64,000 bases of DNA. It comes from Plasmodiophora brassicae (lineage: Eukaryota). Position numbers and translations under genes: made by a program. This document shows positions 50,851 through 61,073 of the stretch, one piece after another. The notes beneath the pieces were generated by a model. The model made no database searches and was not told the origin of the DNA. It was given only the letters and a program-made list of their open reading frames with translations. How positions within the stretch are numbered: the stretch's first letter is position 1; every line of letters starts with the position of its first letter. The stretch spans positions 1,302,001 to 1,366,000 of the forward strand of contig CP145416.1 of assembly GCA_036867785.1 (NCBI GenBank), in the 5' to 3' direction.

Positions 50851-51732
50851 ATGAAGCATTGCACGCTCCTGGCCATTCTACTGTCGGGCCTCTTGTCGGC
50901 CGCTGTCGAGACCGACTTTTCGTACGCCGACCAGGGCGCCTGGCAGACGCTGCCCAACTCGCAATGCGGTGGACGTCGCCAATCGCCAGTCGACCTGGAC
51001 CTACGCAACGTGACCGTGGACAAGATCCTGGGTCAAGATCTGGCTTGCACCTGGCAGCAGAACAAGGCGGTCATAGAGGGCGACCTGGTTAACACCGGAC
51101 GGACGATGGAGCTGGACGTTCGGTCGCCACACACGTGTCGTGGCGTCCCTGGGTCGCCCAGTGCCCACTTCCGCCTCGCCGCCGTCCACATCCACTATGG
51201 CAGCGCCTCCGACCAGGGCAGCGAACACACGATCAACGGGCGAACGTCGGCGCTGGAGGTTCACATGGTGCACTTTGACACAAGGTTCGCCAGCTTGGAC
51301 AAGGCCCGCGAGCAGCCGGGCGGGATCATGGTCGCCGGCCTGCTATTCGACGAAGCTGACGAGGCGATCGCGAACCCGGAGCTGACGAAGATGGCGGTCA
51401 TCAGCGGGACGGCGCTACGGTCCACAGGAGGCGTGCTCGCTAGCCGCCTGAACGCGGCCCCGCTGATTGAAGGCACAGGACTGGATAAGGCTCGGGCGCG
51501 CTTCCTGACGTACGCGGGATCGCTGACGACGCCGACCTGTAACGAGGTCGTCACCTGGATCGTCGCCGCGGAACCTGGTCTGGTGGGCCACCAGACCATG
51601 CACCTGCTACGTACCGTGACGGGCCTGGGCAACAAGACGATCACGCCCAATTTCCGACAGGTCCAGCCGCTGAACGGACGCACGATCACGAGCTCGTTCC
51701 AGCCGGCCTGTGGTCTACACGGCCGCTGTTAG
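50851..51732 (+). CDS. Secreted alpha-carbonic anhydrase, intronless
   Basis: Signal peptide; QSPVDL, zinc ligands VHIHYG..GSEHT..LEVHMVH, YAGSLTTPTCNEVVTW, NFRQVQPLNGR. Confidence 0.95.
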   Translation: MKHCTLLAILLSGLLSAAVETDFSYADQGAWQTLPNSQCGGRRQSPVDLDLRNVTVDKILGQDLACTWQQNKAVIEGDLVNTGRTMELDVRSPHTCRGVPGSPSAHFRLAAVHIHYGSASDQGSEHTINGRTSALEVHMVHFDTRFASLDKAREQPGGIMVAGLLFDEADEAIANPELTKMAVISGTALRSTGGVLASRLNAAPLIEGTGLDKARARFLTYAGSLTTPTCNEVVTWIVAAEPGLVGHQTMHLLRTVTGLGNKTITPNFRQVQPLNGRTITSSFQPACGLHGRC

Positions 51733-54250
51733 GCGATTAGCTCGACGTGTTGCGGTGCGAGCACCGAGCCGTACTTGTTGGCTGACCTCTAAAACGATGC
51801 TGGTGTTCTGATGAACTCGCTTGTATGATATTGTGGCCGTAACCGCCGCGTCCTCAGCCGTAATCATACAGATGGAGGGTGCTTGACGTCAGCTGACGTT
51901 CACGCGTGGCATCGTTGCCGACCGGCTAAAGTGCTGCACAGGGAAGGACCGTACCGGCGACGACGACATCACCACGTTGTTGACAGGAACGTGTCGGCTG
52001 TAACATGCATTGATGCGCGCAATGCTTCTGGGGAGTCCCAATCGCCGGACCGTGTCTATGGTTGGCCACTGCTCTGCCGCGTCGTCTAGCTAGATGCCGG
52101 CAAGCGATGACGCATGTGACGTTTTCCGTCCCGCCATCCGCCGTGCACCCGGACCAGCACACAAGCGAGGGCACGTTTGAAACCGACACCGCAAGGTTCC
52201 ACGCTTTGTCCTGGTGTGATACGCAATGATGGCATGGTCCCGATGGCGGCCCACTATTGCCGTCTTGTCCCGTGAAGCATACTGCTGAACTAGAGAACGT
52301 CAGCTCGGTCAGCAGCGACAATGGATTTCCGATGCGTCGTCCTGTCTATGGTTCCAACAATCACATCTCTGGGGTCAGGCTACACGTTCGACGTATCTGT
52401 CAAAGTGTGTCACGGCACTGATGTTGTTCGTATCCCAGGCGTTTCAGCACCTCTGTACGCAACCGTCGAATGAAGATGCATTCAGGGCAACGTAAAGGAG
52501 ACACCGATCCCGCGGTGGGTGCTGTCGGCGCGACCGATGACCCGACGTCGCTGCCAGCCCCGAAGGCCGCCCTCTGCAACGCCCTGCATGGCCGCCCGAC
52601 ATGCCGTTGTTTCGGCATCACACAGCGCAGGTCGTCCCTGCCGTCGCGCCTGCCTGCACCCGGGTCGACGTCGCTGCCGACCAGTGACCTTCCCGCAACA
52701 GACCTACTACGACCACAACGCGTCCTGCTGGACGTATGACGTCGCGCGCGTCCTGGAACTCATTACGACCGCAACACGTCCTGCTCGATGCGTGCCGTCG
52801 CGTCCAGCATGTCTGGGGGACGCCCTGCATCTCGAGGACAGGTACGAATCGTAGCCTCTGGCACAGACCCAGGCCGTCTAACTCTTGCTGGACAGGGCAC
52901 GCCTGCCGTCGCCTGCCGTCTCCCGTCCAGCATGAGCACCTGCAGGGCAGCGGTCGTCCTGCCGGGGGGGGGCAGCGCCGCTCCGGTCTGATCCTCAGCT
53001 GAGGCGGCGTCCTGGCCGCCCGCCAGTCGTTACAATCGGTCTCGCGCGCCCCTGCCCTACATCATGCATCGATGGGTGGGCGGACCAACGAAGGGCGCCA
53101 CTGAGGTCCCCGCCTGCCTGGCGAGCGTCGCTTGTTTGTCCTGCAGGTCGCCAAGCAGGGCAGCGGCGCCCAGCGCCAGTGGGCGCCGGTTGACATGCGA
53201 ACGCGAGAGGCAACCGTTGCAGCCGCCTACGACGGGGCAGCATTCGCGTCGGACGCCGGTTCAGCGAGACGCCGCAGTGCTGCTGACGAACAGCTTGTGA
53301 AGCTGCAGAAAGGCAATAACGGACACCACAACATCATCTACCGTAAGCATCCACCGCAGTATCCGAACTGCTGACGGTGATTAACAGGCACCTCCTACAT
53401 ACGTTGCGCACCACCTTCCAAACTGCGCAGCCGCCGGCGCTCTCAGGACGAACGCCGTCTGGATATCGAGCTCCTCCAGGCGGGCGGTCCCGTCGAAACA
53501 GAACGCGAAACCTGCACGTCACGCCGGTCAGTGAGCCCCTGCCGACTGGAGGCCGGCCACTGACTGACGAACGTGATGGGGTCGCAGTCCAGGATCCAGC
53601 GGCTGGCACTTCGGGTCGCTGTTTGACGAGCGCCCACCTGAAGAACATCTCCGGTCAGGTGACCAGCTAGCCGCCAACAACGTCTAGACGCCGACGCTGT
53701 CCAGGTTCGCCTCGTCGCTCTGCATCTGATTGGCGAACTCGAGCAGCGACAGCATCCCGCTCAACGTGATTCTGGTCGTACCGGTCGGACTCCTCGTACA
53801 GGCGATCGGTCGACCTTGGCCTTGGAGAACTGCGCCTTGAGCCAGGCCAGCCTGCCCAGCTATCGTAACTGGCACGTCGGCAGGCGTCGCGTGGCACGAC
53901 CGTCTGCGACGTGGGGACTTGCCAGCGCAGGGCACCACTAATTTGGTGCCGGGGTCGCCCACGCCTTGGCCGGTGTGGGCGGGTTCGCCGCAGATGCGAT
54001 GCAACGGCGTCTGAAACGCAGGCAGACCGGCGACAGAGCGGCAGGGGTTCCGAAATGGGGTCGCGCGCAAGAACATGGGACGAAACGGGCCAAGCGGAAT
54101 GGGGAACCCGCAACGTTGCTCAACATCGGTGGCGACCTGGATGTCCGCCCACTGTGGACCGTCAGTCGCAATTTGAAGACGGTGTGGAGGGATGGCGTCG
54201 TCGTCAGCGTCGTCGGCCCGGGCGCGAGACTTGTTCCCGACGTCGCTGAG

Positions 54251-55006
54251 GTTGTGGCGCGCATGTTAATACCGTCACGTACGTCCGAACGGGCCGTATG
54301 GTCCGATACCAACAGGATGACAGTCGATGATCAGGAATGCCGGCCGCTGGTCGGTGCCATCGTCCTTTTTGTGCTGACGATCCGCTTCGTCGCCGCTTAC
54401 GTGTTGGTCGAAATGGTCACCGTCACGGTGGCGACTGATGTCGGACTTGCTCTCCTATTGCTCGTAATTCTCTGCAAATCAGTCATCATTGTGCGCCAAC
54501 ACCTGGGCCATCCCGCGAACGACCATCTCATAAGCGGCGGCAAAGCGGATCGATTACGCGTCATCGGTTTGTGTGTCTTGGTCGCGCAACAGCGCTAGCT
54601 CAGTAGAGGCATCTTGATCCGGGCCGACGTGAACATGGTGATGCGCGTTGTTCGCTGGATGGCCCAGGTGTTGGCGCAGAATGAAGGCGGATTTGCAGAG
54701 AATTACGAGCAACAGGAGAGCAAGTCCGACATCAGTCGCCACCGTGACGGTGATCGACCTTGTCAACCATCTCGTAAGCGGCGACAAACCGGATCGTGAG
54801 CACAAAAAGGACGATGGCACCGACCAGCGGCCAGCATTCCTGATCATCGACTGTCATCCTGTTGGTATCGGACCATACGGCCCGTTCGCACGTACGCGAC
54901 GGTAACACGCGCGCCGCAACATGTCCACGTCGGCCAGGATCAGGATGCCTCTACTGAGCTAGCGCTGTTGATGCGCGACCAAGACACACAAACCGATGAC
55001 GCGTAA
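54251..55006. repeat. Interleaved inverted duplication A-B-A'-B'
   Basis: 54251-54520 is the imperfect reverse complement of 54650-54920; 54554-54637 is the imperfect reverse complement of 54920-55006. Confidence 0.9.
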
Positions 55007-56516
55007 CCATGCTATTTTCTTTGCCATAAACTGCCCACCGTGATTGTCACGACTATACAACGATGCGTTGACGACGCCTGACAATGATTGTTCGAGATCG
55101 ATAGTGTGCTCAAGGCCTGATGAAGGCTCCTCGCTCGAACCGCAAGAGCGTGTCGAATGGTGGATCGACCACGCAGCTCAGCTTGGGATGCGTAGGCGGT
55201 AGCCAAGTTGGCACGCTTCTCTCTGAGCCAGTCAGGATGCTGAACTCGAAACCAGGGAACCTGAGCAACACGCGACGTGGCTGTATCACCTTCGTGCGTT
55301 CGCTGATGAGCTACGGCCAATTCATCGCCGCCCATAGGAGGACGTCGCTGAGAGAGATCGACGCCTGGATTGGTGCTGTTAACGAGTTCGAGGAAATTCT
55401 CTGTTTATTCGTGAGGGCGGCGCCCAACAACGTGAATGGGACGCCGGGTCGTCAGGCGATGGCCAATCGGCGATCGCTCGAGCAGGTGATGATACGCACT
55501 GCGCCGCTCAGCCGTTTATGGCGAGCGGCAGCAGTGCGGGCTCGGTTCGCGATGCGGGCGGTATGCACCGCAGCGCTGGCCTAGGTGGGGTGTCGGTAGA
55601 TGCCTTGCTGCATCGGGTCGGGGGCACCGTCACAGGGGGAGTGGGTGCCCGGCCGCGGCTCAGCACGGCATGGTCTTGGGGAGCGTGGGGGAAGGTGACC
55701 TTGAGCACGGCAGCGCGCGCTCAGTGGAGAGGCGCAGGCGGCGGGGCGACCACGGCGGGAGCCAGCGCGGGCTGGCGCCCCCGGACGCCTGGTCTTATGC
55801 ATCGTCGGCTGGCGCGTGCCTGTGACGGTGCGGCAGCAGGCGGGGCGGTTCGGCGACGTCGGGCGCCGGGTGCAGGACGGGATCGGCCGCGACCGACGAG
55901 ATCAGCAGCAGTAGTAGCGCGGCCGGCACAAGCCTGATCTTGAGGTCGACACGGCGGTCCGGATCCTGCTGGACGACAACGGCCTCGGCGGCGGCGACGG
56001 CGACTGCAGCGGCCTGCAGGTTGTCCGGCTCGTCGTGTAGGTCCGGCTCGAGGAACGCGATGGCGGCTGGTCCGGCCATTGACGCCACGCACTGGGCCGA
56101 GATCGACAACGGCGCCCCGTGCAGGCACTCGACGACGGTCGCGGACGTTGCCGCGCACGATGCTGCGGTTCCCGAAGACCATGGCCACCGACGACTTCAT
56201 CAACGAGTCCATGCCGGCGAGCAACGCTTTCGAATGATCCGAGAAGGCCAGGCCATACTCGGCGCGGGCGCGAACCCAGCAGAATATGAGCAATCGCTTG
56301 CGGGCTAGGGACAGGTGCGACCGGTCCTGAACAGCGCGTGCTGACTGATCCGTGCCGAAATGTTCCGTGATGAGGGCTGCGGGGATGTTGCGTGACGTGG
56401 ACACGGGGAGGGGAGGGGGCTCTCGGGGATGCCGCCCGCACTCGCATACCGCCGCCGCCGCTCGCTCGCATCGCCGCCGCTCGCCGCCACCGCTCGCCCG
56501 CAGTACTCCGACCGAC

Positions 56517-58868
56517 ATGGACAGCAACCGACGCATCACCGACACGACGACACCCCAGGAGGTCGCCGTCGTCGTACGCGACCTCAGTCAAGGGCGGGCT
56601 CGTCTCATTGGCAGCTTTGACGGCATTGTCCTCCGGGACGTGAGACGCTCATACCTTCACCAATACTTCGTCTGGGATGACGAGGCGCCCAGCGAGGGCC
56701 GGACCGCGTTCATCGACAACTTCTATTCGTGCCTGCATCGGCCCGCACCGTTGCCTGCCGTCCCGTTCACGTGCGGCAGCATTGCCGTGGTCGCGACAGA
56801 TGTGGCGTCGATGTATCTGGCAGCGAATCCTCGCCGTCGAGGCGCACCCTACAAGATCGTTTCGGTGGCCAGAGCGCACTCCTTAGCCGGGTACGGGGTC
56901 GTCCACATGGCGGCGTTTGCTCTCGCCGGCCTGTTCGATTCGCATAGGCGGTTCTCTCCGCTCCAACTACCAATGCCCGACGTCCTGCACGAGGCCGCCA
57001 TGCCCGACCGTGATTTCTCATTCTCTGCCAGCCACATCCTGCGCCCGAGCCACAACAGCAACCTGAGCGTCACGATCGCGTACCTGCTGGCCGCGCTGCC
57101 GCTCAGGACTTTCGTCCCGAGCCCGCTCTGCCGCCCCGAGCTCCAATTCCACGGCCGGGTGTGGGATCGCGTGCTGGACGCGGCGTTGCGCGTCCCCGAA
57201 TCGCAATCGCCCAGCATCTTCTCGCATGTCGAGTTTGCGCTTGCCCAGGTGCTGGACGGGTTTCCTGACCAGTTCGTCGACTACGCGGTGACGCTGTCGG
57301 CGACGCCGGTGACCGGCAACGATGATCCGATGCGGCGCGCCCGTCGTCTCCCCATATTGCTGGCCGAGATCGGCGCGCACGACGTGATGGAAGACTGCGA
57401 CCACAAGGACTTCCGGAAGATGGCTGTCGACATGGCCGCCTCCCTCATCGCTCAGCTGGGCGTCCTGCGCGAAGCGCCTCGCGACGATCGCGCCCGGCTA
57501 CGCGTCTTCGGTCTACTGTGTGGCGGTGGCCGAGCTCAGCCGTATGTTCTGGTCCCAGACCTCGCCGACGAGGGCGACCGTGACAAGTCGGACGAGACTG
57601 TGCGCGCCTCTCTCGTCCTGCACCCGTTGCCGTCGTTTGATCTGTTCGGCAACGACGTGGAGCAGGATCCGGTTCCGCTGGTCGTCCCGCCCGGTGATCT
57701 GTGCAATCCGGACGACGTCGACCAGCTCGACCGGAACGACCGCGCCCGCTACGACGGCCGTTCGGTCCGAGGGCCCAGTGCTCGCGTCTTTGCCGAAGAC
57801 GGCACCGTCAAGCTGGAGTACCTGCGCCCACTGTTCACTTTTGCCGACGCCGTCCGTCAGTACGCTGCCGAGTACGACCGCCTGCTCGACGGCCACAAGG
57901 CCGACCTGTCGCCGCCGTTCCCCTATCCGGACGAGTTCGGGTCGCCTCCGCGCTCGAGGTCCAGTCACGCGCTGCGCTCATCGGCGCGATCCTCGCAGCG
58001 TTCCTCGGGGACGTCGTCACAGCGTCCGCCGAAGCGCCCTCGCACCCGGGACGTCGTCGAGGCCGAATTCGACTCGTCGTCGGGCGTGTCGGTGTGCCTT
58101 CTGCGGCGGCCGGACGGGTCCCGTGTCGCCGTCAAAAGAAAGCCGAAGAGCAGGCAGCTCGAGATCGACCTGCTGCGAGCGGCACAGGGCCCGGGCGTCG
58201 TCCGCCTTGTCGAGGACCGGGGCGACGCCGGCATCGTGCTCGTTGAGCAACGCCTGGATCGTATCGATCTGGCCGACCTGTCGCTGGCGGGCATGGCCGC
58301 CGTCCTGATTCGCTTGTTCGTCGACGGTCTGGACGCGTTGCAGACGATGGAACGCGCCGGCATCGTGCACCGGGACATCTCCGTCAACAACCTCATGTAC
58401 TCGATGGAGGATCGTCGGTGGCGCCTCACCGATTTTGACGCCGCCTGTCGCGCGACCGACCTGGTGGACGGGGGCGACGGCGTCCTGTATGGCACCGACG
58501 GGTTCATCGCCCCGGAGGCACTGGCGCCCGAGCGCCGGTACACGTTCGCGTCGGACCGTTGGAGCCTGGGCGCGTGCGCTCTGTACTGGATCAACGCCGC
58601 CGAGGACGAGTACGGGCGCCGTCGCGACGTTGGACACCTGTTCGGCGCCCTGCTCGGCCAGTTGCTGGTGTTCGCGTACCATCTGCAAGTCGGCGATCGT
58701 CGCTTGCACGACGACGAGGTGCAGGTGCTGACGGAGTGGAAGATCGAGAGGCACCTGCCCGGGTGGCCCCGGAACGGAGAGGGCACCGAACGGCCATCGG
58801 GAAGCGTGCCAGTCTCGTCCAGGACGCGCGACAAGGAGTCCCACCTGGACGGGTCGCCCGTGCGGTAA
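56517..58868 (+). CDS. Crinkler-like protein: restriction-endonuclease-like domain + C-terminal protein kinase, intronless
   Basis: Kinase motifs VAVK, IVHRDISVNNLM, LTDFD, GTDGFIAPE, SDRWSLG. Upstream FVDYAV...PILLAEIG...HKDFRKM resembles a PD-(D/E)xK fold; NLS-like PPKRPR. The kinase is certain, the REase/CRN call is inferred. Confidence 0.8.
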   Translation: MDSNRRITDTTTPQEVAVVVRDLSQGRARLIGSFDGIVLRDVRRSYLHQYFVWDDEAPSEGRTAFIDNFYSCLHRPAPLPAVPFTCGSIAVVATDVASMYLAANPRRRGAPYKIVSVARAHSLAGYGVVHMAAFALAGLFDSHRRFSPLQLPMPDVLHEAAMPDRDFSFSASHILRPSHNSNLSVTIAYLLAALPLRTFVPSPLCRPELQFHGRVWDRVLDAALRVPESQSPSIFSHVEFALAQVLDGFPDQFVDYAVTLSATPVTGNDDPMRRARRLPILLAEIGAHDVMEDCDHKDFRKMAVDMAASLIAQLGVLREAPRDDRARLRVFGLLCGGGRAQPYVLVPDLADEGDRDKSDETVRASLVLHPLPSFDLFGNDVEQDPVPLVVPPGDLCNPDDVDQLDRNDRARYDGRSVRGPSARVFAEDGTVKLEYLRPLFTFADAVRQYAAEYDRLLDGHKADLSPPFPYPDEFGSPPRSRSSHALRSSARSSQRSSGTSSQRPPKRPRTRDVVEAEFDSSSGVSVCLLRRPDGSRVAVKRKPKSRQLEIDLLRAAQGPGVVRLVEDRGDAGIVLVEQRLDRIDLADLSLAGMAAVLIRLFVDGLDALQTMERAGIVHRDISVNNLMYSMEDRRWRLTDFDAACRATDLVDGGDGVLYGTDGFIAPEALAPERRYTFASDRWSLGACALYWINAAEDEYGRRRDVGHLFGALLGQLLVFAYHLQVGDRRLHDDEVQVLTEWKIERHLPGWPRNGEGTERPSGSVPVSSRTRDKESHLDGSPVR

Positions 58869-59225
58869 CGCGTTCGACCGGTCAAGACGTGCGCCCAGAC
58901 GTCGACCTGAATATTGGAAATGTGTTCGTTCAGAGGCCGGTCCTGTCCTGCTCGTGGGATGATGGCAGGGCGCACGACAGCAATAATAACGGTCTGCCTA
59001 TCGTCCTGGATTCCATCGACCACCTTGGTGTCCACCTGAGCGCTGAGCAAGCAGCTCGTTGCCATCTTGGAGAGTGTGAACGTTCGCTGACGGTCGCCTC
59101 GTCGAGTCGATCCTGTGGGGCATTCGTAACCGTTTACTGTACGACGTGTTCGACGAGCTTGCGCCCGACATCGTTGTGTGAATCGTCGAGAGCTTCCACA
59201 TCCTGCACTCGGAGTTGAGGACGTA

Positions 59226-59254
59226 CTACTCCGTTTCATCTGAAGAGTCCGATC
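59226..59254 (+). repeat. Left terminal inverted repeat of the mariner element
   Basis: Starts CTACTCCGT, similar to Stowaway/plant-mariner CTCCCTCCGT ends. Its core gaagagtccgat recurs subterminally at 59278-59289. Confidence 0.92.
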
Positions 59255-59308
59255 CCACGGCGTTTTTCGTTCCAACAGAAGAGTCCGATTCGTGCATTCA
59301 TGCCGACA

Positions 59309-60697
59309 CTAACAGTTCTGGCGCTCGAACGACGTCACTTTGGCAGCTAGAGCCTTCCATGCATTCCCATGAGAGATAGGGTCATCCCTCACGGCCTTGC
59401 TTATCTTGCGTTTGGCATTGCGGAGCGCAGATGAGTCGCAGTGGATAGCAATCGGAAGCATATTGTGGCGTCGCAGGTGCGCCTTGCGCATGTGAGGAGG
59501 TTTGAACCCGTTCCCGCCCCCATGCGTCATACATGCTTCCATTGTCTTCTGTAGAGACAGGAATAAGTCATCGATTGTTTGCCACTCAATGTCGTTGAAC
59601 GCTTCTTCGATATTCGCGACCATGTCATCAATTGATTTGGCCGGCTTCCGAAGCTGGCGCGCCTGAATAGCCGAAAACAACCCAAGATCAAGAATGTTCA
59701 GGTCGGGGGAATGAGGTGGTTGAGGTGATATCGATATGTTCCAGCCGTCCGAAGATGCCGCTCGCAGAATCGCTTCATCTCGATCGACACGTGAATGCGG
59801 AGGAGCATTATCATGTTGAACTCGGATGGGCATGGATTTGGAACTCTGCGGCCACTTCACCTTGATCGCAGGGATGACCTTCTCCACCATTGTCCTGATG
59901 TACTCGCCCCTGTTGATGGACTCCAGGGCCTTCATGACCAGCGTTCCCTTGGGTCGGTTGCGAGAGGATCATTTGGCTGGTTCGCTAACGGTAAAGGGGA
60001 AGCAGCCTATTTTACCGTCAAATATAACCCCCGTCTCGACGACGAACCGCGGTCTCGCCACAGCAACGAGAACCATGACCTTCTTGATAAAGCGCCGATT
60101 TTGAACATGCCGCGCGGGTGTCGCCTCGCCCCGAACGATGTAATAACCTTGCTTGGCTTTGCAGATGTAGAAGTACTTCTCGTCTACATGTACGTAGTCA
60201 AGCATCGGCTGGAAACACGTCAGATCGTCGGTCAGCATCTGGATGCAGTGAACAAGACGCGTGATCGCATTTTGAAAAGTCAGCGTTGGTGCCACCGTGC
60301 TGGATACGTGCTGGATCAGTCCCTCTTCCTTCATGCGAAACGTGGTTGACAGCGAGACGTTCAGCGACGACGCCATTGTCCGAAGGCTGACGCAGTTATA
60401 CTCTGGCAAGTTCTTCGCACGCTCGAGGATTGGCCCCCTGTCTATCAGTTTTCTGCCCGGACCGTGCTTCCTTGAAGCAACATCCGCCACCACAGCGCCG
60501 CTCGCGTAGCATTCCTTGGCACGATGCCAGATTCTCGAAATGGTCTTAGTGCACACCTCGAAGTGGTTTGCTGCTGCTGATATCGTTCCCGCCGCAAGCT
60601 TCCCGTTGTGAGATTTGATCAGGAGATATTGTAGGACTCCTTGGCGTTGCTCGTTTGTCAGGTTGGGGCGCTTCTTGCTTAACTTGCCGGCGACCAT
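59309..60697 (-). pseudogene. Mariner-family transposase with one in-frame premature stop
   Basis: N-terminal HTH region; HVDEKYFY, IKKVMVLVAVARPR, DGKIG, QHDNAPPH, QPPHSPDLNILDLGLF (40 residues between the 2nd and 3rd Asp by my count). TGA at 59969-59971 splits ORFs 59969-60697 and 59309-59935, which share one frame. Confidence 0.93.
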
Positions 60698-60924
60698 GTT
60701 GTCAGATGGCGCGCAGATCGATTTCAGCCAGTCGTCTCCAGGGGTGGGCTATTTTTGGATATCTAGGCGTCAACCGGCAAAAGGTATAGGTTGGAAGATA
60801 ATCCATATCATGAGACATATGTCGCCGGAATGATACCTCTCTGACCTAGTGATAGACAGAGTTCAATAAAGGTACGCCCTGTATTTATAACTATATACTA
60901 CCTCAAAATACGCCGTGTATCGTC

Positions 60925-60988
60925 CCTACCAACGGTCCTACCAGGGTCCTACCACGGATCCTACCGCACCCACGGATCCTACCAGACG
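60925..60988 (+). repeat. Cluster of five (T)CCTACC motifs upstream of the recombinase ORF
   Basis: ccctaccaacggtcctaccagggtcctaccacggatcctaccgcacccacggatcctaccagac; two further copies, tcctaccatcctaccac, lie at 63381-63397. Confidence 0.75.
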
Positions 60989-61073
60989 GCGCCGCCACCC
61001 CCTCCCGGTACAACCAAGCGCACCGCCGCACGCATCCCCACGCAGGTTTCCACACCGCATTGTCGACGACGTC

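Noticed and set aside
60925-60988. Spaced CCTACC repeats as a CRISPR-like or telomeric array
   Set aside because: Units are only 6-8 nt with 3-5-nt spacers, there are no cas genes, and they are not a perfect tandem telomere repeat. Kept only as candidate recombinase sites.
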